DNA from: an uncultured bacterium
GTDB taxonomy: Bacteria; UBA8481
Length of the DNA: 64,000 nucleotides
NCBI GenBank assembly: GCA_964499705.1
Contig: CAZCME010000013.1
Span: forward strand, 45,217 to 109,216
Direction of reading: 5' to 3'
The number at the start of each line of letters is the position of its first letter. The first letter of the stretch is position 1. Shown in pieces: positions 17,533 through 25,705 of this stretch. Made by a program: the position numbers and the translations under genes. The notes under the pieces were generated by a model. It ran no database searches. It saw only the letters and a list, made by a program, of their open reading frames with translations, and had not been told where the DNA came from.

Positions 17533-18510
17533 CTATTCGATGCTGACTTCGCCCGCTCCCGTGATCCGTCCCGAAATGATCCTGTTCGACGAAACGTTCC
17601 GGACCTTGATGATCTTGCCGATTCCGCCCGGCTCGAAGGCTTCCCCGATGGACGTGATCTCGAGCCCGCGACCGCGCACGATCATCCGGATCCGGTCTCC
17701 GCGCTTGACGAGAGTCTCCTGCTCGATGACCGACGAAGTCACGACCACGCCCGGAAGGACCGGCCTCGTGAGGACTCGACCGACCGCGGCTTCCAGGCTG
17801 CCGACCGCATCGCGCGGCTGCTCGAAGAGGTCGCGCGTCTCGACGCCGAGATCCTCGGCCCGGAGAATCGCTCCGCGTTCCGCGCGCTTGAGAGCGACAA
17901 CGACGGCTCCCGGCCGCACGGCTTTCAGGGTGACATTCTCCTTCTGCACTTCATCTCCGACCGAAAGCTCGATCGTGACAAAGAACTGCCCTTCCATCCG
18001 CCTCGGTTTCGAAACGGACAGCTCGACGTCGCCGAGCGGCAACGCCGGGATCGAAGGAGCGCGAACGACCTCAATTCGCACGTCGGCCGGTGCCTGCTTC
18101 TTCAGTTCGGCGACGACGGCCTCCATGATCCATTCGGATGAAACGTTCTGCCCCTTGCGGGAGACGACGATCTGCTCCTCGCCGCGGAGCGTGATCTGCT
18201 GGGGAAGAAATCCCTCCTGCAGAAGCCGCATGCGGATGTGATCCGAGGAAACGACCCGGCTGCGTCCCGGCGGAGGAGCGAATCCGACCGAAAGCAATTC
18301 GAGACGCTTCGCCTCGTCGGCGTTGATGCCGGAGATCGCGCAGACGTCTCCGAGCGAGATGAACTTCCCGTCGACCTCGGCTCCGTGCATCGTGGCCGTC
18401 AGTGCCGTCGCCGGCGCGGCGCAGATGAGAAAGCTCGCCACGACGCGGCTCAGGAGGCTGGGACGGAAGAGTCCCAGCTCATGGACGATCACGCGAACGA
18501 GGCTGCTCAT
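17533..18510 (-). CDS. flgA: Flagellar basal-body P-ring formation protein FlgA (SAF domain)
   Basis: 325-aa ORF with signal peptide and C-terminal SAF-like region (GVVVTSSVIEQETLVKRGDRIRMIVRGRGLEITSIGEA...GKIIKVRNVSSNRIISGRITGAGEV). Confidence 0.75.
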   Translation of the reverse strand: MSSLVRVIVHELGLFRPSLLSRVVASFLICAAPATALTATMHGAEVDGKFISLGDVCAISGINADEAKRLELLSVGFAPPPGRSRVVSSDHIRMRLLQEGFLPQQITLRGEEQIVVSRKGQNVSSEWIMEAVVAELKKQAPADVRIEVVRAPSIPALPLGDVELSVSKPRRMEGQFFVTIELSVGDEVQKENVTLKAVRPGAVVVALKRAERGAILRAEDLGVETRDLFEQPRDAVGSLEAAVGRVLTRPVLPGVVVTSSVIEQETLVKRGDRIRMIVRGRGLEITSIGEAFEPGGIGKIIKVRNVSSNRIISGRITGAGEVSIE

Positions 18511-18543
18511 GAAACGCTCGATGCCATGGAAGAGGTCATCGGA

Positions 18544-19329
18544 TTACCGTTTCAGGCTGGACGCTGTCGAGAGGATCGAATCCTGGGTCTGGATCGACTT
18601 GGAATTAACCTCGTAGGCGCGCTGGGCGACGATAAGGTCGATGAGTTCCTCCGCGACGTTCACGTTGGAGATCTCGATGAATCCCTGGCGCAACGCGCCG
18701 GTGCCGTTCTGGCCGGGATTTCCGGTCAAGGGCGGACCCGAGGCCGCGGTTTCGCGGTACGTGTTGGTGCCGAGCGCCTGGAGACCGGCGGGATTGACGA
18801 AGTTGGTGAGCTGGATCGTTCCGACACCCTGAAGAGTGCCGTCCGCGAGCTGCTGCGTCACGATCCCCTGCTGGTTGATCTCGATGTTGACAGCGGTCGG
18901 ATCGACCTGGATCGCGGGCTGCAGAAGGAATCCGGAGTGCGTCACGATCTGACCCGTCGAGTCGCGCTCGAAGGAACCGTCGCGCGTGTAGGCGACCGAA
19001 CCGTCCGGAAGCTGGATCTGGAAGAAGCCGGAACCCTCGATGGCGATGTTGAACTGGTTCTCCGTCTGGCGGAAGGACCCCTGCGTGAAGATCCGCTCCG
19101 TGGAGACGATGCTCGTGCCGTGTCCGACCTGCACGCCGGAAGGAACCTGCGTGCCGACCGAAGACGGCGTGCCTGCGAGATGGACCGTCTGGTAGAGAAG
19201 ATCCTGGAAGTGCGCGCGGGCGCGCTTGAAGCCGGTCGTGTTGACGTTGGCAAGATTATTCGCGATGACGTCGGTGTTGAATTGCTGCGCGGCCAGGCCG
19301 GTCGCGGCCGTGTAGAGGGCTCGGGTCAT
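18544..19329 (-). CDS. flgG: Flagellar basal-body rod protein FlgG
   Basis: 261-aa ORF; N-terminal MTRALYTAATGLAAQQFNTDVIANNLANVNTTGFK and C-terminal LIDLIVAQRAYEVNSKSIQTQDSILSTA are rod-protein signatures; AAGGAG Shine-Dalgarno upstream. Confidence 0.9.
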   Translation of the reverse strand: MTRALYTAATGLAAQQFNTDVIANNLANVNTTGFKRARAHFQDLLYQTVHLAGTPSSVGTQVPSGVQVGHGTSIVSTERIFTQGSFRQTENQFNIAIEGSGFFQIQLPDGSVAYTRDGSFERDSTGQIVTHSGFLLQPAIQVDPTAVNIEINQQGIVTQQLADGTLQGVGTIQLTNFVNPAGLQALGTNTYRETAASGPPLTGNPGQNGTGALRQGFIEISNVNVAEELIDLIVAQRAYEVNSKSIQTQDSILSTASSLKR

Positions 19330-19414
19330 CTAAGGCTCCTTGGTACTGCGATCGCGGCGAATCGGTCGGTCATCGCCGCGCGGGCTTCTCCAAAGAGACC
19401 AGCCCGTAAGTTAT

Positions 19415-19440
19415 TTATCGACCTTTCCAAACTAAACTAA
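19415..19440 (-). promoter_or_regulatory. Candidate sigma-28 (FliA)-type promoter upstream of flgG
   Basis: Minus-strand sequence TTTAGTTT-N11-GTCGATAA resembles the TAAAGTTT-N11-GCCGATAA class; located ~85 nt upstream of the flgG ATG. Pattern match only. Confidence 0.3.
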
Positions 19441-19462
19441 AGGGAACATTTTCGAACAATTA

Positions 19463-20308
19463 TCAGCCGACCCGGCCGACGTCGTTGACGGCCTGACCGA
19501 GGAGCGTGTCATGGGTCTGGACAACCTTGGCGGAAGTCTCGTAGGCGCGCTGCGATTTGATGAGATCGATCATCTCGCGGACAAGATTGACATTGGATTG
19601 CTCGAGCATGCCGGTCCGGAGCTTGGTGCCGAAGAGAAGCTTCTGGGGAGGACCGGACTCGTCCGTGGCGCGAAAAAGGGTATACCCGACCTTTTCCAGG
19701 CCATGGACATTCTCGAAGGATACCAATCTCAGCGCGTCGGCCGTCACCGGATCCTGCCAGAGGTTGACGCCTTCTCCGGTGTAGGTCGGATTCGTGATGA
19801 TCCGACCGTCCGGTTCGAATCGGATATTGGAGGCGTCGACCTTCACGGGACCGTTTTCCCCGAGGACGAGGGCTCCAGCCTGCGTCGCGAGGTATCCTTC
19901 GGAATTGACGATGAAATTTCCGGCGCGCGTGTACATCTTGCCCTGGGGAGTCAGAACCTCGAAGAAACCATAGGATCGCGCCACGCCGGGGATGCCCTCG
20001 ATCGCCATATCGAAGAGATTCCCGGTGTTGATGGTAGCCGGAGAAACCTCGTGAGTGGTGACGATGTCGTCCACCTGGACGCCCGTTCCCACTCGTCCCA
20101 CCGGCGGAGTGAGATCGAATTCGCGCATCGGAGTCACGAGCTTTTCATCGTGCATCCTGTGGGCGAGCATGGACGGGAAATCGCGGTACACGACCGTATC
20201 CTGCTTGAAACCGACCGTGTTGCCGTTCGCGAGGTTGTTGGCGATGACTTCCATCTCCACGCCCCGCGCGATCATCGCCATCGCACCCGTATAAAGTCCT
20301 CGATCCAT
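19463..20308 (-). CDS. flgF: Flagellar basal-body rod protein (FlgF-like)
   Basis: 281-aa ORF; rod-protein N-terminal motif VIANNLANGNTVGFK and C-terminal MIDLIKSQRAYETSAKVVQTHDTLLGQAV. Confidence 0.85.
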   Translation of the reverse strand: MDRGLYTGAMAMIARGVEMEVIANNLANGNTVGFKQDTVVYRDFPSMLAHRMHDEKLVTPMREFDLTPPVGRVGTGVQVDDIVTTHEVSPATINTGNLFDMAIEGIPGVARSYGFFEVLTPQGKMYTRAGNFIVNSEGYLATQAGALVLGENGPVKVDASNIRFEPDGRIITNPTYTGEGVNLWQDPVTADALRLVSFENVHGLEKVGYTLFRATDESGPPQKLLFGTKLRTGMLEQSNVNLVREMIDLIKSQRAYETSAKVVQTHDTLLGQAVNDVGRVG

Positions 20309-20355
20309 GTTTCTCGAATATCGGGATAGATTTGATATAACATGACAAGAAAATT

Positions 20356-20961
20356 ATGACCATCCGTCCTCCCGCCTTCGAACGCCTCGTCGATGCCCTG
20401 TCGAGATTCCCCTCGATCGGCCCCAAGACTGCCGCGCGGATCGCGCTCTGGCTTTTGAACCAGCCGCCGGAAGCCAGCGAGCGGATCGCGCGGGCCATCA
20501 CGGAAGCGCGGCAGACAATCAGAAGATGCAGGATCTGTTTCCAGTACGCGGAGGACGAGCTGTGTCCGGTCTGCGCCGATCCGGCGCGGGACAAATCCAT
20601 TCTTTGCGTCGTGGAGGAAGCCGTGGACGTCTGGAGCTTTGAGCGGACCGGGCGATATCGAGGAACCTACCATGTCCTCGGCGGCGCGATTTCTCCATTG
20701 GACGGAATCGGTCCCGACGAGCTGACAGTCCAGGCTCTCTTGGAACGAGTCGCGGATCCCGCGCAGGGAATAGCGGAAGTCATTCTCGCGACCGATCCCG
20801 ACACGGAGGGCAACGCCACCGCGCTCTTCATCGCAGACCACCTGCCGCGGAGCCGCGTCAAGGTAAGCCGACTCGCGCACGGGCTGCCCGTGGGCGGCGA
20901 ACTAGCCTATTCCGACGATGCGACTCTGGCGGAAGCTCTGGCGGGTCGACGGATTTTATGA
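20356..20961 (+). CDS. recR: Recombination protein RecR
   Basis: 201-aa ORF with C4 zinc finger (CRICFQYAEDELCPVC) and Toprim-like region (LCVVEEAVDVWSFERTGRYRGTYHVLGG); divergent from flgF. Confidence 0.9.
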   Translation: MTIRPPAFERLVDALSRFPSIGPKTAARIALWLLNQPPEASERIARAITEARQTIRRCRICFQYAEDELCPVCADPARDKSILCVVEEAVDVWSFERTGRYRGTYHVLGGAISPLDGIGPDELTVQALLERVADPAQGIAEVILATDPDTEGNATALFIADHLPRSRVKVSRLAHGLPVGGELAYSDDATLAEALAGRRIL

Positions 20962-21142
20962 ATCGACACCGGAAGCGAAACTGGCGGACGCAAGGGCCTG
21001 CGCACTTCTCCCTGGGCCTCTGCACCGAGTGGGCTCGATCTCTTTCGTCCGCAATTTTCATGAGACGAGGAGACACGCGTCTTGTGCGCCGGTTTCACCT
21101 CATATAGGATCGATTCTCGTTCAGCAGGGAGGAAAAAGTAGA

Positions 21143-23584
21143 ATGAGAAACAACGCTTCATGTTCGACGTTCCGAATTCGATATTTATTTCTGTCAGGTT
21201 ACTTACTCGCCCTATTCGCAGCGAGTGATACATCCGCCGCCGCGCTGATCTTTCCGGATTCGCCAGGACCGGTTGCCGACAAGGTATTCGGGCAGCCGGG
21301 TTTCATAACCAACACCGCCGGAACATCTCTCGATCAGATGTCTGGCCCTTCTGATATTCTTTTCGACTCCGTCGGTCGGATGTACATTGCGGACCTGAAC
21401 AACGACCGTATTCTAATCTTCGCAAACCAAGACGATACAAGGGCCGATTTTGTGATAGGCGGGCCAATCAGTGGCGCGTTGCCAGGTCTTACCGGGGTTC
21501 CTTCTGGCGCGGGGGCCGATAGGCTGAATGCTCCAACGTTTCTCGCTCTCTTTGACGGCCCGGACACCTCCGTGTTGTTTGTATCCGAACAGTTGAACCA
21601 GAGGGTTCTCGGTTACATCTTAAGGCAACCTGGGTTTTCATTTCTCAGCGACACGCTGGCAGACTATGTCTTTGGGCAACCCACGTTTGATACAAACGTT
21701 ATTTCCAACAATGGCACAGGGGCCTCGTTACTTTCTGCCGTTGGACTTCGGAATCCGGCCGGACTTTCAATCCTGGATACTGGAGCTTCCACGATTTCGC
21801 TTTTCGTTGCGGATAGAACCAACTTGCGTGTTCTCCGGTATGACATCAATAAATCCCTTTTTGGTCTCCCCAATAGCAGCATGGATACAATTCCGGATGA
21901 GTTGTGGGGACAACCCGATTTTATGACTTCCGAACTAACTTTTGCCGTTTCGCGAGAAATCATTAGAGGGCCGCTCGGTGTAGCTTCAACGCCGGACAGG
22001 TTATTCATTGCCGCGGTACAGCCGAGGGTCGTAGTCGAATCTCTCACCGATCCCGACACTTCTTTTGACGGAGTTTATGGTCAGCCCGATTTTACATCTC
22101 AGACTGCCGGAAATGACACCACCTCGCTCGCTTCGCTTTTCTTATCGGTGGCGATAGGTCCAACAAAAAATGTATTAGCGATCATAGACAGGCAAAATCA
22201 TCGTATTCTACTGCACACCGATACTTCAGGCGCAGATATCATTCCCGATGATATTATCGGCGATACGAACTTCGTGGCACCCGTTCTTACCGGACCAAGC
22301 GCACAGTCGCTGCGTCTCCCAACCGCAGCTTATTTCCGATCCGACTCTGAAGTTTGGGTCACCGATTTCGGCAATAATCGCGCCCTGAGATTTGACCGCG
22401 GCTCCAACAACACGCCTGTTGGAAATAATGTGAACGTGACGGAATCGTTTGCAGTCCAAGGATTCCTGGTTACTGTGAAATTCGCATCAGTTTCGCAGGC
22501 GGGCAACACCGAGATCAGGTTACTCGACTCGATCCCACCGCTCGGAACAGATTTCCGCCTGACGAGCGATTCACTCTGTCCATCTTCCGATAATATGATC
22601 TTCCAGATCGGAACGACTGCGATCTTCACAACGGCTCAAGTGACGATCAATTTCAATGATAATGCCTGCCTGAAAAGCCTTTCGGTTCCCAATAAACTGA
22701 GCCTTGAGATGTTGCATTTTGACCTAATCCCGCCAGACCCGGACACCGTGACGTTCGGTAATGCTAATCCGGGAACAAATGAGATCAAAAGCATCGATCT
22801 CACCACGCTTTCGCCCTTTGTCGTCGCGGAGAAGATCTTTCGCGATCTCACACCGCCGACTATCACAATCGAAATCGAGAGCGGACATGTTTTTCATAAC
22901 TACGACGAGCCGGTTTTCAAGCCCAAGTCATTTGTGACGCTCAGCGCGACGGACAGCTCCGGAGTTTCCACGTTTGAGTGGCGGATCGATGATGGCGAAT
23001 TCCAAAGCTACTCCGAACCGTTCCAGATTGGCGAGAGCGTCGCGCGATCGAAGGGGGCGAATCCGAAGTCTGAAACGCACGTTCTGACAGCGCGAGCAAG
23101 CGACGTCTTCGGTAATACAGAGGAAACGCATCTCATATTCCGACTTGCGTCAAACGGACAACCGCGCGTTGATCGCAGCGTGCAGAACCTCACTATCCAA
23201 AGGGGAACTCTTCACATTTTCTCGATGCTCGAAAGCATTCAATTCGACCTCGGAGAGGAGATCGTTCTCACCATTGTATATGAGAATTCGCAGGATGTTT
23301 ACCGGCCTAACAATCCAAACCCGACGCCCGATGGAGGACAAACGATCGTCAGCATTTTAGATTCCCTTGGTCGCGAAGTCCATTCGCAAAGACGACACCC
23401 CGATCCTGATCCCGCGAAAGTCACGATCGGTATGGGCGAGAAATTAACCTACTCCTATTCCGTCATTTCGAAGATGTTTCCAAATGGTCTGCCTGCGGGT
23501 CGATACACCCTTGTGATTCAGTTCCGCGGCGAGTTTGCCGGACATCATGCATTCGAGGTAATGGACGATGACAGCGTCAAATAA
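21143..23584 (+). CDS. Secreted NHL-repeat beta-propeller protein with C-terminal beta-rich extension
   Basis: ORF 20918..23584 trimmed to Met 21143 (GGGAGG Shine-Dalgarno 10 nt upstream; signal peptide MRNNASCSTFRIRYLFLSGYLLALFAASDTSAAA). Repeated GQPGF/GQPTF/GQPDF and (A/S)DxxNxR(I/V)L motifs; gene is visibly lower in GC than its flanks. Confidence 0.75.
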   Translation: MRNNASCSTFRIRYLFLSGYLLALFAASDTSAAALIFPDSPGPVADKVFGQPGFITNTAGTSLDQMSGPSDILFDSVGRMYIADLNNDRILIFANQDDTRADFVIGGPISGALPGLTGVPSGAGADRLNAPTFLALFDGPDTSVLFVSEQLNQRVLGYILRQPGFSFLSDTLADYVFGQPTFDTNVISNNGTGASLLSAVGLRNPAGLSILDTGASTISLFVADRTNLRVLRYDINKSLFGLPNSSMDTIPDELWGQPDFMTSELTFAVSREIIRGPLGVASTPDRLFIAAVQPRVVVESLTDPDTSFDGVYGQPDFTSQTAGNDTTSLASLFLSVAIGPTKNVLAIIDRQNHRILLHTDTSGADIIPDDIIGDTNFVAPVLTGPSAQSLRLPTAAYFRSDSEVWVTDFGNNRALRFDRGSNNTPVGNNVNVTESFAVQGFLVTVKFASVSQAGNTEIRLLDSIPPLGTDFRLTSDSLCPSSDNMIFQIGTTAIFTTAQVTINFNDNACLKSLSVPNKLSLEMLHFDLIPPDPDTVTFGNANPGTNEIKSIDLTTLSPFVVAEKIFRDLTPPTITIEIESGHVFHNYDEPVFKPKSFVTLSATDSSGVSTFEWRIDDGEFQSYSEPFQIGESVARSKGANPKSETHVLTARASDVFGNTEETHLIFRLASNGQPRVDRSVQNLTIQRGTLHIFSMLESIQFDLGEEIVLTIVYENSQDVYRPNNPNPTPDGGQTIVSILDSLGREVHSQRRHPDPDPAKVTIGMGEKLTYSYSVISKMFPNGLPAGRYTLVIQFRGEFAGHHAFEVMDDDSVK

Positions 23585-23729
23585 TGGCAGTGAAACTTCT
23601 TACATAACAATTGCGGACCAGATAGATCCTGTATTATACTGGTTTCGGATAAAGGGCATCAGTCGTTACTGACCCTTATCCTTGTTCCAGGATTCCATTG
23701 ACTGTGAACAATATTGCATCGGAGCTGAA

Positions 23730-24788
23730 ATGAAGCGCGTCGAACCCGCCTTGGTCAACGTGAAATTCGCGAAATTCCCGACGCCAACTGCTGCCGTTCT
23801 TGAGCTGACGAACAGATGCAACGAACAATGCATTCACTGCATTCGCGAATCACCCGATCTACGATTCGACGACGAACTTGCGACCGCCGAATGGCTGAAG
23901 GTCGTTGATGATCTTGCGGACATCCGTACTTTTTCCGTATGTCTGACGGGTGGAGAGTGCACGATCCACCCCGGGTTCCTGGAAATCATCGACCGATGCC
24001 GAAGCCATCGCATTAATGTGTCGATAAAGACAAATGCACTTTCGTTGGCGCGAATCGCGCCGATGCTAGCGCGCAAGGGAGTCGGATTCATTGAAATCTC
24101 GCTGTACGGCGCGACACCGGAATCGCACGATCGGTGCACCCGGATTTCCGGTTCATTCCAGCGTCTCGTCGAGGGTGTCAAGGCGGCGAGAAAAAACGGT
24201 ATTCCAGTCTCCATGAACGCGATTGTCTTTCGATGGAATGCTCATGAGGCTCTTGCGATGCGCCGGCTTGGCCAGGAACTGGATTGCCCGATCAAACGCG
24301 ACTTCATGCTCTCGACCACCGATCTTGGCAGGCACCTCGATCTGGAATTGGTGACGTCTGCCCAGATTCGAGAAATCGAGTCGATCTGGCCCATGAACAC
24401 GCTGCCGGGCGCGCAGAACCGTCTTTCCCGGGTAAAAATCTGTACTCAGGGCATGAACACAGTCTGCGTAACCGCGCGTGGCGAAGTACTTTCATGCGTC
24501 ACGATCCGCAAGCCGCTCGGCAACGTCAGAAAAAATGGCCTCGCCGATACCTGGCTCACCACGACGGGAGGTCACAGCGGTGCAGCCCGGCGAGCGCATG
24601 ACGTGGACTACGGGAATTTCACTCGCTGCGAAGCGTGCAAGCATCTTCCGGTCTGCAGCGTCTGCCTGGGACAAAACTTCGCCGCCACCGGCAGCTTTTA
24701 CGAACCTCCCCTTGAAAGATGCTTTATTACCATGTCATTATTCGGTAACAAGGAAGGGATGGAAAATGGAAAGGAAGTCCATGCGTAA
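23730..24788 (+). CDS. Radical SAM enzyme with C-terminal SPASM/twitch-like cysteine cluster (putative peptide maturase)
   Basis: ORF 23682..24788 (TTG) trimmed to ATG 23730 with GGAG upstream. CNEQCIHC (Cx3Cx2C) radical SAM cluster near the N-terminus; C-terminal CEACKHLPVCSVC auxiliary-cluster motif. Confidence 0.8.
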   Translation: MKRVEPALVNVKFAKFPTPTAAVLELTNRCNEQCIHCIRESPDLRFDDELATAEWLKVVDDLADIRTFSVCLTGGECTIHPGFLEIIDRCRSHRINVSIKTNALSLARIAPMLARKGVGFIEISLYGATPESHDRCTRISGSFQRLVEGVKAARKNGIPVSMNAIVFRWNAHEALAMRRLGQELDCPIKRDFMLSTTDLGRHLDLELVTSAQIREIESIWPMNTLPGAQNRLSRVKICTQGMNTVCVTARGEVLSCVTIRKPLGNVRKNGLADTWLTTTGGHSGAARRAHDVDYGNFTRCEACKHLPVCSVCLGQNFAATGSFYEPPLERCFITMSLFGNKEGMENGKEVHA

Positions 24789-24996
24789 GTTATATGAAAA
24801 GCCGGAGCTGATCTGCTACAGCGGAATCAAGGTCGGAGTCTATTCCGTCTCCAACTCCAACGCCAATTGTCAGGCGGATTGCGCCGCCACTGTCTGTTCA
24901 TTTGTCGCGACAGCGTCGGCGGCTCCATGCGACACCTGCGATAACGACAATTCCCAGTGCGCTACCGGCCTGAATCCCGTGGTGGACTGCCTCTAA
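24766..24996 (+). CDS. Cys-rich small peptide, candidate RiPP precursor (76 aa, 8 Cys)
   Basis: ATG 24766 preceded by AAGGAAGGG about 8 nt upstream; overlaps the last 23 nt of the radical SAM gene in another frame. Sequence MERKSMRKLYEKPELICYSGIKVGVYSVSNSNANCQADCAATVCSFVATASAAPCDTCDNDNSQCATGLNPVVDCL. Confidence 0.5.
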   Translation: MERKSMRKLYEKPELICYSGIKVGVYSVSNSNANCQADCAATVCSFVATASAAPCDTCDNDNSQCATGLNPVVDCL

Positions 24997-25045
24997 TCCG
25001 GCGCGCTTTCTTGCGCCTTCCCCACGCCTCCGATAACATCCTCGA

Positions 25046-25705
25046 ATGCCCTACTACGTCAGCATCGGTGGACAGAATTACGGACCGGCCGAGCCGGACG
25101 AGCTCCAGAAATGGCACAAGGCGGGTTCCTTCAATCCCACTGACTTCGTATGGAATGAAGACGCCAACGAGTGGACCGAGGCGGCCCGGTTCGCGCCGCT
25201 GGCGCACCACTTCGATACGGCGGCGGCACCGGCCGTGGGCATCGAGGAGATCGACGAGCTTCCGCGCGAACAGAGCGCGCTTCAGCCGGCCGCGGGTCCC
25301 GAAACCGAAAGCTGGTGCGCGAACCATGAGACGAACAGAGCGACGGCGGTCTGCCCCCATTGCCGGAAATCCTTCTGCGCCCAATGCATGGTCTCGACGG
25401 GAGGAATCTCCGTCTGCATCGACTGCGTCAGCTCCGAAAAGGGCTCCGCGACTAAAAGTCCGAAGCGCACGGTCCTTCTGATCGGCGCCGTCATCGTCCT
25501 CATCGGCATCGCCGTCGGATCCTATCTCTTCTTCGCTCCGAAGCCCATCGAGCAGCCGGCCACGCCGGAGCTGATCGAACTGAAGCGAGGAGATGCGCCG
25601 GCCTCTCTGGCGGCGCCGGACAAGGCCGCCCCTCCCGCTGAAACTCCGGACACATCCGATTCGTCGGCCGGAGCCGTTGCTCCTTCAGATACTTCCACAC
25701 CATGA
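25046..25705 (+). CDS. DUF4339-like N-terminal domain / zinc-finger / single-pass membrane protein
   Basis: N-terminus MPYYVSIGGQNYGPAEPDELQKWHKAGSFNPTDFVWNEDANEWTEA; Cys/His cluster CANHETNRATAVCPHCRKSFCAQCMV...CIDC; TM helix VLLIGAVIVLIGIAVGSYLFF; Pro/Ala-rich C-terminus. Stop overlaps the glnD start (ATGA). Confidence 0.6.
   Translation: MPYYVSIGGQNYGPAEPDELQKWHKAGSFNPTDFVWNEDANEWTEAARFAPLAHHFDTAAAPAVGIEEIDELPREQSALQPAAGPETESWCANHETNRATAVCPHCRKSFCAQCMVSTGGISVCIDCVSSEKGSATKSPKRTVLLIGAVIVLIGIAVGSYLFFAPKPIEQPATPELIELKRGDAPASLAAPDKAAPPAETPDTSDSSAGAVAPSDTSTP

Noticed and set aside
15136-20329. Plus-strand ORFs 15136..15585, 15194..16654, 16687..18141, 17504..18241, 18238..19440, 19511..20329
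   Set aside because: Antisense to the flagellar operon genes, which are supported by strong family signatures.
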